Below are positions 52,088-62,255 of a DNA stretch of 64,000 nucleotides, one piece after another. The DNA is taken from contig CAVWEH010000005.1 in assembly GCA_963753975.1 (NCBI GenBank), positions 544,001 through 608,000 of the forward strand, written 5' to 3'. This stretch comes from an uncultured delta proteobacterium. Lineage in GTDB: Bacteria > Desulfobacterota > Syntrophia > Syntrophales > Smithellaceae. Every line of letters starts with the position of its first letter. The stretch's first letter is position 1. Both the position numbers and the translations under genes were made by a program. The notes beneath the pieces were generated by a model, which made no database searches, was not told the DNA's origin, and saw nothing but the letters and a program-made list of their open reading frames with translations.

Positions 52088-52193
52088 GGGATAGCTTCTC
52101 CGGGGAATATTAAATTACGGGAAATAGCTTCATTGCGTAAGTTTTAGTTAATGCCAGAGAACTACTACAACTCGGGAGAGATTTCAAGATTTA

Positions 52194-52457
52194 ATCACGG
52201 GTATAAACCTCAAAGCAAGTTTTGGAAACCGATTCCGCGGCAAATTACGGGGTATTACATCCCTGCTTATGGGAAAATTTGGCTAACAAACTTCTATGCG
52301 CTTCGCTTTTGAAGTTTGAGTTTCATTACCCTATAGTCCCACTTAGCTTCGCACGTGGGATAATTCAACTGACAGATATTACTGCACTGCGTTTGTGAAG
52401 TCCCCCCTGGAAGGAGCCGAAGGCTCTTTTCACAAACGCGACATCCCGCGACGGGAT
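52194..52457. repeat. Mosaic of palindromic repeat families B, A and C
   Basis: Modules match 30914-31094, 1720-1847 and 33220-33275. Confidence 0.75.
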
Positions 52458-52510
52458 AATATCTGAGTTTCATTAGAATTGGACTTTCACAATCAAAAAA
52501 TATCGGTTAA

Positions 52511-53071
52511 TTAACCTTGAAAAAGCCTTTCAAAGAAGTCTTGTCTGTCTTTGGGATAATAGAGATTCCCTCCGTAATCGACGATTAGCTTGCCGTCCAG
52601 ATGATCAAGTTCGTGTTGGATGACGCGGGCAACGTAATCCAGATATCTTTTACTTATTTTTTCTCCCTTGGCGTTTAAGGCGCGCACTTTAATTTCGGGA
52701 AAACGGCCGACCTCCACCTGAATTTCCGGGCAGGATAAACAACCTTCTGCCATGGTTACTTTTTCGCCGCGCGCCTGAGTAATTCGCGGATTAATCAAAA
52801 CTTCAAAATCAGCGGGACTTTTTATTTCCCCCCCTTCGCTGAAGCCTTTATTACGGAAAATGAAAATTCTTTTGTTAATGCCGATTTGAGGAGCAGCAAG
52901 CCCGGAAGCATCATCTCTGCCTAAAAAGGAATCAATTAGAGTTTGGATTATTTCACGCGATTCCTTATCCAGCGGCACAGGCACTTCCACGGATTTTTTT
53001 CTTAAGATGGCGGTGTCCTTCTTGTTGACTCCTTCATTACTCCATAATGTTAAAACCTTATCTTTAGACAT
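52511..53071 (-). CDS. def: Peptide deformylase
   Basis: GLAAPQIG, EGCLS and QHELDH. Confidence 0.93.
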   Translation of the reverse strand: MSKDKVLTLWSNEGVNKKDTAILRKKSVEVPVPLDKESREIIQTLIDSFLGRDDASGLAAPQIGINKRIFIFRNKGFSEGGEIKSPADFEVLINPRITQARGEKVTMAEGCLSCPEIQVEVGRFPEIKVRALNAKGEKISKRYLDYVARVIQHELDHLDGKLIVDYGGNLYYPKDRQDFFERLFQG

Positions 53072-53208
53072 GCAGCTTCACCAGAGATTGTTTTTTTGCG
53101 GCATATATCACCTATTCTTTTTTATTTCAAGTAATCGCGGCTTGCAAAATATCAATATCTATTGTTAAAGAGTAGTTAAATGATTGTATAAATTTATCCC
53201 ATCCGGAG

Positions 53209-54474
53209 TTGATTTTGATAAATCAAATCGTTGCTAAAATAGCGAAAAGGGAATTTGCCCGCGCGTTGAAATTTGAAGCGGGAAGCTTGCCGGCATTGCC
53301 CCGCTGCGCCGACGAAAAACCGCGCCTTCTTTATCTGCATATTCCTTTTTGCGAAGAACTTTGCCCTTATTGTTCTTTTCATAGGATAGCTTTCGCCGAA
53401 AAGCTGGCCCGAAAATATTTTCAAGCCCTGCGCCGCGAAATTAATATCTATCGGAAAAAGGGATACAAATTCAGCGGAATTTATGTCGGCGGCGGAACCC
53501 CGACGGTGCTTATTGATGAACTTGCGGAAACATTAAGTTTGGCCAAGCAGTACTTTCCCATCAGGGAAATATCGGTAGAAACAAATCCGAATCACTTAAC
53601 TTCAAGGAATATCGAAATTTTACAGAAAAGTGGCGTCCAAAGATTGTCTGTGGGCGTGCAGACTTTCAATGATGATTTACTTAAAAAAATCGGGCGCTAT
53701 GAAAGATATGGAGCCGGCGAGGCTATTGCGGAAAAGCTCAAAGACACGCAAGGATCATTTGATACTTTAAATGCCGACATGATTTTTAATGTCCCCGGAC
53801 AGACTGCTGAAATGCTCGATGCCGATCTGTCAATTTTGCTTAATTTAAATATAGAGCAGGTCACGTTCTACCCTTTGATGGTCTCGACGATAACGCAAAA
53901 GTTAATGGAGAAGGCTATCGGGAAAGTCGATTTTGGAGGAGAGCAGAAATTATATAAACTGATAGTCAGACGTATGGAGAAAAGGTACGACTTTTCTTCG
54001 GCCTGGTGTTTTTCCCGGAAAAAGAAAAATAATTCTCTGATTGATGAATATGTTGTCGATTACGATGAATACGCGGGTCTGGGGAGCGGCGCGATAGGCT
54101 ATCTGCAAGGCGTTTGTTATTCCAACACGTTTGATATTGAAGAATATATTGCCGGCCTCGATTGCGGTAATTTGCCGCTTCTGGCTTCCCGCGGCTTTGA
54201 TCTTCATGACCAAATGAGCTATGATTTTTTAATGAAATTATTCAGCACGAAATTGAATATAACGGCGTTGGAGGAAAAATATGACGGGAAGTTTCTAAAA
54301 ACCTTATGGAAGGAAATAGCTTTATTTGAAATAGTCAGGGCTTTGCGCTATTTCCCGCCCCATTTGCGTCTAACGCCGAAAGGCCGCTACCTCTGGGTAA
54401 TAATGATGAGAGAGTTTTATATTGCCGTGAACAACTTCCGTGCTTATTGCCGTAAGCAAGCGGGCATCGTATAA
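53209..54474 (+). CDS. menK: HemN-like class C radical SAM enzyme, MenK/MqnK-type menaquinone methyltransferase
   Basis: YLHIPFCxxxCPYCSF, QVTFYPLM and C-terminal LTPKGRYLWVIMMREF..VNNFR. Confidence 0.7.
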   Translation: MILINQIVAKIAKREFARALKFEAGSLPALPRCADEKPRLLYLHIPFCEELCPYCSFHRIAFAEKLARKYFQALRREINIYRKKGYKFSGIYVGGGTPTVLIDELAETLSLAKQYFPIREISVETNPNHLTSRNIEILQKSGVQRLSVGVQTFNDDLLKKIGRYERYGAGEAIAEKLKDTQGSFDTLNADMIFNVPGQTAEMLDADLSILLNLNIEQVTFYPLMVSTITQKLMEKAIGKVDFGGEQKLYKLIVRRMEKRYDFSSAWCFSRKKKNNSLIDEYVVDYDEYAGLGSGAIGYLQGVCYSNTFDIEEYIAGLDCGNLPLLASRGFDLHDQMSYDFLMKLFSTKLNITALEEKYDGKFLKTLWKEIALFEIVRALRYFPPHLRLTPKGRYLWVIMMREFYIAVNNFRAYCRKQAGIV

Positions 54475-54495
54475 CTTTCGTCAAGATGGGTTTTT

Positions 54496-55911
54496 ATGGA
54501 TAAACGAAGAAAAGCAATGTTGCAGAAATTGCCGAAAATTGACGAAGTTATTTTACTTCTGGAAAAGCAGAATATCTATGTTCTGGCGCCGCGCAATATT
54601 GTCAAAGAAACCTGCCGGACGGTTGTGCAAAATTTGAGGGATAAGATTGTTGAGGCGGGGAAAAAAGGACTTGTGGAGGTTTCTTATGATGCGGCAAGCG
54701 TCGCTCGCGAAGTGGAAAAATTGATCAGAGGATTGCATCGCTATAATTTGCGCAGGCTTGTCAATGCCACCGGAGTCGTCCTGCATACCAATCTTGGCCG
54801 CGCTCCTCTTTGCCCGGAAGCACTGCAAAGAATTATGGAGGTGGGTAAAGGCTATTCCAATTTGGAATTTGATCTGATCAAAGGTGAACGCGGGAGGCGC
54901 TACGAGCATGTAAGCCGATTGATCTGCGTCTTGACCGGCGCCGAGGATGCCCTGATTGTCAACAACAACGCCGCGGCCGTTTTGCTTGTCCTCAACACTC
55001 TGTCGGAGGGAAAAGAAACCATAGTTTCCCGCGGCGAACTAATAGAGATCGGCGGCGAATTCCGTATTCCGGAAATTATGCGCAAGAGCGCCGCTCGTTT
55101 GCGGGAAGTGGGCACGACCAACCGCACGCGTCTCAGCGATTATGAAAAGGCGATTCATGCCGAAACCGGCCTGATACTGAAAGTGCACACGAGCAATTTC
55201 CGCATTGTCGGTTTTACCGAAGAAGCGGATATGGAATCTCTGGTGGCTTTAGGGCGAAAACGCCGCATTCCGGTTATGAATGATTTGGGCAGCGGTTGCG
55301 TCATCGACCTGGATAATTACGGTTTAGAGCATGAGCCCACGATTCGCGAAGTTTTAGTTTGCGGAGTTGATGTGGTTACCGCGAGCGGCGATAAACTTCT
55401 CGGCGGTCCGCAAGCAGGCATCATTTTAGGAAGGAAAGAAATTCTGGAAAAGATCAAAAAAAATCCGCTCGGCCGCGCGCTGAGAATCGATAAACTAACA
55501 TTAGCCGCGCTCGAAGCAACGCTGATACATTACCTAAATCCGGCAGCCGCAGTAAAAAAACTAAGGTCCCTACAGGCGTTAACAGAGCCGGTTGAAGCCG
55601 TTAAGAAACGCGCCCGCAAACTGCTCAGTAAATTGCAGAAGCTGGATTTCAATTCTCTGGAATTTTTCCTGAAAGATGATTTTGCCGCCGCAGGCGGAGG
55701 GTCATTGCCCACGCAGAAGATTCCTACTGTTTTAGTCGGAATCAAAAACAAAAAAATGTCCGCGAGCCGCATGGAAGAAAAATTACGACAACTTGAAGTG
55801 CCCATCATTGTCCGTGTGGACAAGAATGAAATTTTCATTGATTTGCGCACTGTGGCCGAAAATGAATTTGTCTTTATCATCGAAGGTTTGCGTCAAATGA
55901 TATCAACGTAA
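54496..55911 (+). CDS. selA: L-seryl-tRNA(Sec) selenium transferase
   Basis: NATGVVLHTNLGRA, SRGELIEIGG and SGDKLLGGPQ. Confidence 0.95.
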   Translation: MDKRRKAMLQKLPKIDEVILLLEKQNIYVLAPRNIVKETCRTVVQNLRDKIVEAGKKGLVEVSYDAASVAREVEKLIRGLHRYNLRRLVNATGVVLHTNLGRAPLCPEALQRIMEVGKGYSNLEFDLIKGERGRRYEHVSRLICVLTGAEDALIVNNNAAAVLLVLNTLSEGKETIVSRGELIEIGGEFRIPEIMRKSAARLREVGTTNRTRLSDYEKAIHAETGLILKVHTSNFRIVGFTEEADMESLVALGRKRRIPVMNDLGSGCVIDLDNYGLEHEPTIREVLVCGVDVVTASGDKLLGGPQAGIILGRKEILEKIKKNPLGRALRIDKLTLAALEATLIHYLNPAAAVKKLRSLQALTEPVEAVKKRARKLLSKLQKLDFNSLEFFLKDDFAAAGGGSLPTQKIPTVLVGIKNKKMSASRMEEKLRQLEVPIIVRVDKNEIFIDLRTVAENEFVFIIEGLRQMIST

Positions 55912-55933
55912 CTCATGATTTTGCGGAGTCCAA

Positions 55934-56927
55934 TTGTCAATTTCACCGACACAATCGAAAGAAATCCGCTTTACAGTAGGCGGCGATCAGGGCGGCCAGA
56001 GGCTGGATGTTTTTCTGGCTCAGAATAATTCGGCGCTCTCCCGTTCGCAGGTCAAGCATGCCGTAGAAGAAGGCGATGTCCTGGTCAACGGTATATTACC
56101 GAAACCAAGCCAGCTTCTGAAAGAAGGGGATATAATAGTTCTGGCAATAAAGCAGGCAAAAGAGGCTGTGGCCTCCGCCCAAAATATTCCACTCGATATT
56201 GTCTATGAAGACGAGGCCGTAATCGTGGTGAATAAACCTGCGGGGATGGTGGTACATCCCGCACCGGGAAATCCGGAAAATACACTGGTCAACGCGCTTC
56301 TTTTTCATTGTCACGATCTTTCGGGAATAGGCGGCGTTATCCGTCCGGGCATAGTTCATCGTTTGGATAAAGGAACTTCCGGTTTGATTGTGGCGGCAAA
56401 AACGGATGATGCGCACCGTCATCTTTCCGCCCAGTTCGAGAACCATGAAGTACACAAAACTTACCGGGTGCTCGTCTGGGGGGATGTGAAAGGCAATCAG
56501 GGAGAAATTTTACTGCCTGTAGGCAGGCACTCCACCGATCGCAAAAAAATGTCCACGAAAAGTAAGCGGGGGAAATCCGCTCTTACTTTGTGGAAGGTGC
56601 GCGAACGTTATGGTACCGCGACGCTACTGGATGTAGAAATTAAAACCGGCCGCACGCATCAGATCCGCGTCCACCTCTCTGCATCGCGGCTATCCGGTCA
56701 TTGGGGATACAGTTTACGGCAGCGCGACAAATAAAATACGCGTCATCAGCGATCCAAAGTTAAAAGCGAGTTTAAAGGAGTTAAACCGGCAGGCGCTTCA
56801 CGCGGCAGAGCTTTCTTTTATTCATCCCATAAAGCGCGAGCGCGTCGTGTTTACCGCAGAAATGCCCGAAGATATGGCACATTTATGCGAGCTTTTCCAT
56901 ACACAAGCAAGCCCGATGAAAAGATAA
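55934..56927 (+). CDS. rluD: RluA/RluD pseudouridine synthase with a frameshift near 56687
   Basis: S4 domain, HRLDKGTSG and TGRTHQIRVH; GYPVIGD...QALHA continues in the shifted frame to a stop at 56927. Confidence 0.88.
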
Positions 56928-56940
56928 GAAAGCGGATAAA

Positions 56941-57798
56941 ATGTTTTCGATCTCCCAAAAAGATTCTATTTCTTATTTACAGGCGCCAATTTTCAGCGAG
57001 TGCGATTTTCTAATGCACGCTTTTTGCGCGCGGCAAGGCGGAGTCTCCCAGGCTGAATATGCCAGCCTCAATGTAAGCTTTAATGAAGGCGATGAAGAAG
57101 TGAGCGTCTTGCAGAATTGGGATCGTCTGTCGAAGGCTTTTGCCATTCCTTTGGAACAATTTTTAGTCGTCAATCAGGTTCATGGCGATGAAATATTCAT
57201 TATCAAGCCGCACGGCAGCTATTTTTCCTCACGCAGCGAACTTAACTATGACGCCATCGTGACCAACCGCACAAATCTCGCGATTTGTATCAAAACAGCG
57301 GATTGCGTACCGGTTTTTTTTGTCGACCGCGGTAAAAAAAGTAATTGCAGTGGCTCATGCCGGTTGGCGCGGCACTGCGCTGAAAATCAGCGCCAAAGTC
57401 ATCGGAATTGATGCAAAATCAGTACGGTTCTTCTGCGCAAAATATTTTGAGCGGCAATCGGCCCATCGATTAGCAAATGCTGTTATCAAGTGGATGCGAC
57501 TGTTGCCGATGCTTTTCGCCGGCAGAAAAATAGGGAAATCATTTTTATTTCCTGTGCTGTGACGAATAAGTGGATGCTGGATTTGCCCGAGGCGAACCGC
57601 CGGCAAATCCTGGATTGCGGTGTTCCCGAAAAGAATGTCGAAGTGTCCGGATATTGTACAATGTGTAATCAGGACATTTTCTTCTCGCATCGCGGCTCCG
57701 GCGGAATTACCGGCAGGCAAATTAATTTTATGATGATTAAAGAGGATGCTCCCTGCCGTGTTCTTACTCTCAATGAAAAAACTTATTCGATTCAATAA
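56941..57798 (+). CDS. pgeF: PgeF/YfiH family protein, frameshifted
   Basis: QVHG, TADCVPV, HAGWRG and FFSHR spread over three frames. Confidence 0.85.
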
Positions 57799-57886
57799 AA
57801 TCAACGGCAAATTTCTTTATTGACAGTAATTCCTTTAAGTATTAGTTAAGTCTAACAATTTTTAAGTCGGCAAAGGAGCAGCGCGC

Positions 57887-58864
57887 ATGATTATTGTCAC
57901 AGGCGGCGCCGGGTTTATCGGCAGCGCTTTTATCTGGCGTCTCAATCAGGAAGGCATTGATGATATTATCATTGTTGATCGATTGGGTAGCGACGACAAA
58001 TGGAAGAACTTGGTCAACCGGCGTTTTTCCGATTACATTCATAAAGATGAGTTCCTACATATGGTCTTAGCCGATAAAGTGCCTTTTGAAACCAGCGCCA
58101 TTGTTCATATGGGTGCCTGTTCATCCACGACGGAACGCGACGCAGACTATCTTTGGGAAAATAATTATCTCTACAGCAGAAAGCTTGCCGAATGGGCGAT
58201 AAAACACCGGATTCGCTTTGTCTATGCGAGCTCGGCCGCCACCTACGGCGATGGTGCACTGGGCTTTGACGATGACCACGGTAAGATCGGTAAGCTCAAG
58301 CCGATTAATATGTACGGCTATTCCAAGCAGTTATTTGATTTGTGGGTTTTAAAAAATAAGCTGGAAAATAAAATTGCGGGCATCAAATTTTTCAATGTTT
58401 TCGGTCCCAATGAATACCACAAAGAAGATATGACGAGCGTAATCTTTAAAGCGTTTCATCAGATTAAGGAAACCGGGAAAGTGCAGCTTTTCAAATCCTA
58501 TAAGAAAGAATATCCCGACGGCGGCCAGATGCGCGATTTTGTTTATGTGAAAAATTGTATCGATGTTATGTGGTGGCTTTTTAATAATAAGAATATCAAC
58601 GGCATTTTTAACCTGGGGACAGGCAAAGCCCGAACCTGGAATGATTTGATTGCTGCCGTATTTTCCGCAATGGGGCGCAAACCCAATATCCAATACATCG
58701 AAATGCCCGAATCCTTACGCGATCAATACCAGTATTTCACCGAGGCGCAAATGCAAAAGCTGAAAGCTGCCGGATGTTCCGTAGAGTTTTCGACGCTGGA
58801 AGATTCCCTGCGGGATTATGTAGTTAATTATTTGCAGCAGGCCGATCCATACTTAGGAAAATGA
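57887..58864 (+). CDS. hldD: ADP-L-glycero-D-manno-heptose 6-epimerase
   Basis: TGGAGFIGS, YASSAATYG, YGYSK and YQYFTEA. Confidence 0.95.
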   Translation: MIIVTGGAGFIGSAFIWRLNQEGIDDIIIVDRLGSDDKWKNLVNRRFSDYIHKDEFLHMVLADKVPFETSAIVHMGACSSTTERDADYLWENNYLYSRKLAEWAIKHRIRFVYASSAATYGDGALGFDDDHGKIGKLKPINMYGYSKQLFDLWVLKNKLENKIAGIKFFNVFGPNEYHKEDMTSVIFKAFHQIKETGKVQLFKSYKKEYPDGGQMRDFVYVKNCIDVMWWLFNNKNINGIFNLGTGKARTWNDLIAAVFSAMGRKPNIQYIEMPESLRDQYQYFTEAQMQKLKAAGCSVEFSTLEDSLRDYVVNYLQQADPYLGK

Positions 58865-58918
58865 ATACCTATAAAGCATAAACAAATAGTATGCATTTTA
58901 TTCAATCATATTGTTCAA

Positions 58919-59044
58919 AACGACTTCGTAAAAAGCTTCAGAGACAAGGCGCACAAAGCCTGAGGAATGAGGCCTACTTTGGCGTAGGCCGCAAAGACGA
59001 AGGATGCAATGCAACGCAGTATATGGACTTTTTACGGAGACGTT
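58919..59044. mobile_element. MITE-like element, family E
   Basis: TIRs AACGACTTCGTAAAAAG / CTTTTTACGGAGACGTT flanked by CAA on both sides; body matches 62881-63003. Confidence 0.8.
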
Positions 59045-59048
59045 CAAT

Positions 59049-59795
59049 ATGAAAAGAGATATTGTTTGTATTATCCCCGCCCGTTATGAATCCAGCCGCT
59101 TTCCGGGAAAGCCTCTGGCCGATCTATGCGGCAAACCGATGATTCAGCATGTCTATGAACGCGTGTCCCAGGCCAAAGCTGTTCCTTATGTAGCAGTTGC
59201 CACCGATGACGACAGAATATTTAGAGCTGTGAAAAAATTCGGCGGGAATGCCATAATGACGTCTGTCGAGCATCGCTCCGGTACGGATAGAATTGCCGAG
59301 GCCGTAAAATCATTAAAGCTTTCCTCTGACGCAATCGTTGTCAACATTCAGGGTGATCAGCCGATCTTTGAGCCGGTGCAGGTAGATGAAGTTATCCGGC
59401 CTCTTGTAGATGATTTCACAATCGTCATGTCCACATTAATTTACAAAATTATTCTCGCAGAAGAAATTACCCACCACCATGCCGTAAAGGTTACTTTCGA
59501 CAGCCAATTTTTTGCCCTTTATTTTTCAAGGGCAACCATTCCCTATGTGCGCGCGAGCACGATGAAAGCCGACTATTATAAACATCACGGTATTTACGCC
59601 TACCGCCGCGATTTTCTCGATACCTTCACCAAACTTCCCGAAGGAAAACTGGAAAAGCTCGAAGCTCTCGAGATGCTTCGGACCCTGGAATACGGCTACA
59701 AGATTAAAGTAGTCGTAACTTCTTACGATTCTGTCGAAGTGGACAACCAGCAGGAACTGGAAAAAGTACGGCAGATTCTTGTCGCAAAAAAATAA
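59049..59795 (+). CDS. kdsB: CMP-Kdo synthetase
   Basis: IPARYESSRFPGKPL, SGTDR, NIQGD and LEKLEALE. Confidence 0.93.
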   Translation: MKRDIVCIIPARYESSRFPGKPLADLCGKPMIQHVYERVSQAKAVPYVAVATDDDRIFRAVKKFGGNAIMTSVEHRSGTDRIAEAVKSLKLSSDAIVVNIQGDQPIFEPVQVDEVIRPLVDDFTIVMSTLIYKIILAEEITHHHAVKVTFDSQFFALYFSRATIPYVRASTMKADYYKHHGIYAYRRDFLDTFTKLPEGKLEKLEALEMLRTLEYGYKIKVVVTSYDSVEVDNQQELEKVRQILVAKK

Positions 59796-59834
59796 GGTTG
59801 ATACAGTATATCTTGAAGCAGTGCCGGAGATGCG

Positions 59835-60725
59835 ATGAAACCGCGTAAAAGAATTATTTTGCTGATTTTAATCATGGTAGTAATAGTTCTGGGAGTCGAA
59901 CTAATCGCATTTAGAATGCTTTATCAGACGGCATTTAAAGAACAAGCAGAAGATCTCCAGGACATTGTCGTGAGTCAGGCCCGCTTGATTGAAGCGATGG
60001 CGCGATTCAATGCCTTGCATAGCAAGACATATACTTCGGGGGTCAACGAAGCGACGTTAACCCAAGTCACTGATGCGCATAAACATTATAAGGGTTTTGG
60101 CCAAACCGGTGAATTCACTCCGGCCAAGAGACAAGGAGATAATGTTGTTTTTATTTTGAATCAGCGTCATAGCAATTTCCAGACTCCGCAACCCATTCCT
60201 TTCAAATCCAAATTGGCGGAACCGATGCAACTGGCGCTATCCGGACAATCAGGAACGATGATTGGATTGGATTATAGGGGAGTAAAAGTCTTAGCCGCTT
60301 ACGAGCCGGTGACGCTGTTGAACTGGGGCATAGTCGCCAAAGTCGATATGGCCGAAGTTCGGGCGCCTTTTATCAAAGCCGGCTTAATTTGCGTCTTATT
60401 CGGCATTATTGCCACTATTATCGGCACGCTAATATTTATTAGGATTACAGAGCCTCTGATTGTAAAATTGCATGATACTATTGCCGAACTTCAAAATGTC
60501 CTGGCCGATGTCAACCAGTTAAGCGGATTATTGCCGATATGCTCTTACTGCAAAAAAATTCGCGATGATAAAGGCTATTGGAATCAAATCGAAGCTTATC
60601 TCCAAAAACATACCGAAGCGGAATTCACCCACGGCATTTGTCCGGATTGCGAGAAAAAAATATATGCTGATTTGGATAAACGAAAACGGGAAATGCAAGA
60701 AGACGCAAGTGCATGCAAAATTTAA
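59835..60725 (+). CDS. Membrane protein with a Cache-like periplasmic domain and C-terminal CxxC..CxxC domain
   Basis: DYRGVKVLAAY..WGIVAKVD and LSGLLPICSYCKKIRDDKGYW...HGICPDC. Confidence 0.75.
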   Translation: MKPRKRIILLILIMVVIVLGVELIAFRMLYQTAFKEQAEDLQDIVVSQARLIEAMARFNALHSKTYTSGVNEATLTQVTDAHKHYKGFGQTGEFTPAKRQGDNVVFILNQRHSNFQTPQPIPFKSKLAEPMQLALSGQSGTMIGLDYRGVKVLAAYEPVTLLNWGIVAKVDMAEVRAPFIKAGLICVLFGIIATIIGTLIFIRITEPLIVKLHDTIAELQNVLADVNQLSGLLPICSYCKKIRDDKGYWNQIEAYLQKHTEAEFTHGICPDCEKKIYADLDKRKREMQEDASACKI

Positions 60726-60891
60726 ATACTATAAATGGTGTGTAAAATAGCTTCTACATTCAGTATTCTAACGGCTACGGAGAGAGCCTGCTGGATTACA
60801 ATACGAGTATAAATAGGATTAGCGCGGTGATGATGCTCGTGGATTGGAACTGACGCATTTATATAATTTCGCTTTTATGAGGAGGGATATT

Positions 60892-61443
60892 ATGTCCGAC
60901 ATATCTTCCAAAAATCTGCTTTTAGAAGAGTACAAAAGTGCATTTGAACATATACGTTACGTGGAAACAAAACGAGATCGATATGTTCCGGGTATTATTA
61001 CAGCATCAGGTGCTGTTTTTGCTCTGGTTGCCAACATTTTTAGCAAAAAAGGCTTCATGCTTCGAGAAGCAAGTATTCCCCTTGTTGTGGTTAGTTTTTT
61101 TCTGTGTTCGTCTCTTGGACTTTTGTCCTTAATTCTACTTAAGGCTTACGACAGTTTTTCGTCGGTAATGAAACATTACGAAGGAGTAATGAGGGTCGCG
61201 CGAACTATTATCTATGGACGTGAGGGAAAACGAATGGTTAAAATTAACGGCGAAGAAAAAACACTAATGGGCTGGGTTGATACTAGAAAAAATGCGTCGA
61301 TCCGTAGACGCCGTACAAAAATAAGCGATCTTTCCATATGTATTTTACACAGGTTATCTATCTTCTGGTTCGCAACCGCCTTATTATCTTTCTCTTTTTT
61401 GCTTTGGCGTTGTTATGTTGTTTTTGTTGATGCTTGCCGATAA
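60892..61443 (+). CDS. Hypothetical 3-TM membrane protein
   Basis: SD GGAGG; EEYK..helix followed by two TMs, a helix and a TM. Confidence 0.7.
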   Translation: MSDISSKNLLLEEYKSAFEHIRYVETKRDRYVPGIITASGAVFALVANIFSKKGFMLREASIPLVVVSFFLCSSLGLLSLILLKAYDSFSSVMKHYEGVMRVARTIIYGREGKRMVKINGEEKTLMGWVDTRKNASIRRRRTKISDLSICILHRLSIFWFATALLSFSFLLWRCYVVFVDACR

Positions 61444-61538
61444 GGAATATAGATGGTTTATGATCAAGTGTTGAATTGTAATAGCCTTAGGAAAAATGAA
61501 GTTCGTATATTAATTGTTCCCGATGCAGCGAGGGTGCC

Positions 61539-62141
61539 ATGATTGATTGGAGCAAGTTCATGGAAGTTATCTTCAAAGTGGGTGGATTAGCTGGGTTGGT
61601 ATCACTGTTTTGGCTGTTGATAAAGGATCTCATTAGCTTCTGCAAAAAACCGAAACTAGAACTCACGTTCGAAAAGACCAGAGACTTAAGGACATTCCAA
61701 TTTCGGGATACAGGTTGGGTAAGGAAGTTTGCTAACTTACACGTCCGGAATAAGCGTAATCAAACTGCAAAAAGGTGTGTCGCAAATCTAAAGATAATAA
61801 AAAGACCCCCTCAGGCTGTGAATCTTGAAGATCAATATGCGCTGCATTGGGCAGGTGTCGATTACACCGCTCTTACGACGGGGGCACAGCCCATTGATCT
61901 AGGATCAGAATTGATTCGGCTGGATGTCCTATTCACGCAACAAGGCCAAAACGCGAACGGCTGTTGGATAGCGGTGCCTTTTACTCTGTCTGGAAGTTTG
62001 ACCAACAATCAAGCATATTTGCCACCTGGTGAGTATGAAGTACAAATCAAGATCACGTGCGAGAATGGCAAGGGGGACAAAGCGAAATTCAAAATTGTCT
62101 CGCCTACTGTGTGGGATGGTCTTGACATGCAGATTCTGTGA
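61539..62141 (+). CDS. Probable cassette gene: N-terminal TM plus beta-rich domain
   Basis: Orphan ORF followed by a degenerate attC. Confidence 0.7.
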   Translation: MIDWSKFMEVIFKVGGLAGLVSLFWLLIKDLISFCKKPKLELTFEKTRDLRTFQFRDTGWVRKFANLHVRNKRNQTAKRCVANLKIIKRPPQAVNLEDQYALHWAGVDYTALTTGAQPIDLGSELIRLDVLFTQQGQNANGCWIAVPFTLSGSLTNNQAYLPPGEYEVQIKITCENGKGDKAKFKIVSPTVWDGLDMQIL

Positions 62142-62176
62142 GGGCGAAATATCCATAGACGCTGTGGAGAATACTC

Positions 62177-62239
62177 ACATAACTATTCGTTCCAGCCAAT
62201 CGCCGATGGAGCGGGCTCCGGCTGACGCCCATATTAGGG
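62177..62239 (+). other. Degenerate attC site
   Basis: ACATAAC-TATTC-GTT(C)CAGCC...GGCTGAC-GCCCAT-ATTAGGG (R' GTT changed to ATT). Confidence 0.65.
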
Positions 62240-62255
62240 CACAAGGATAGAGGAA

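Noticed and set aside
52088..52195. Glycine riboswitch upstream of the gcv operon
   Set aside because: No GGAGA...CTCTCAGG aptamer pattern on the minus strand.
59004..59048. N-terminal extension of KdsB in the ORF track
   Set aside because: It is read from the MITE; homology begins at ATG 59049.
60766..60880. TTCTAAC as R'' of an attC after the Cache-domain gene
   Set aside because: No matching L boxes, hairpin or GTT R' could be found downstream.
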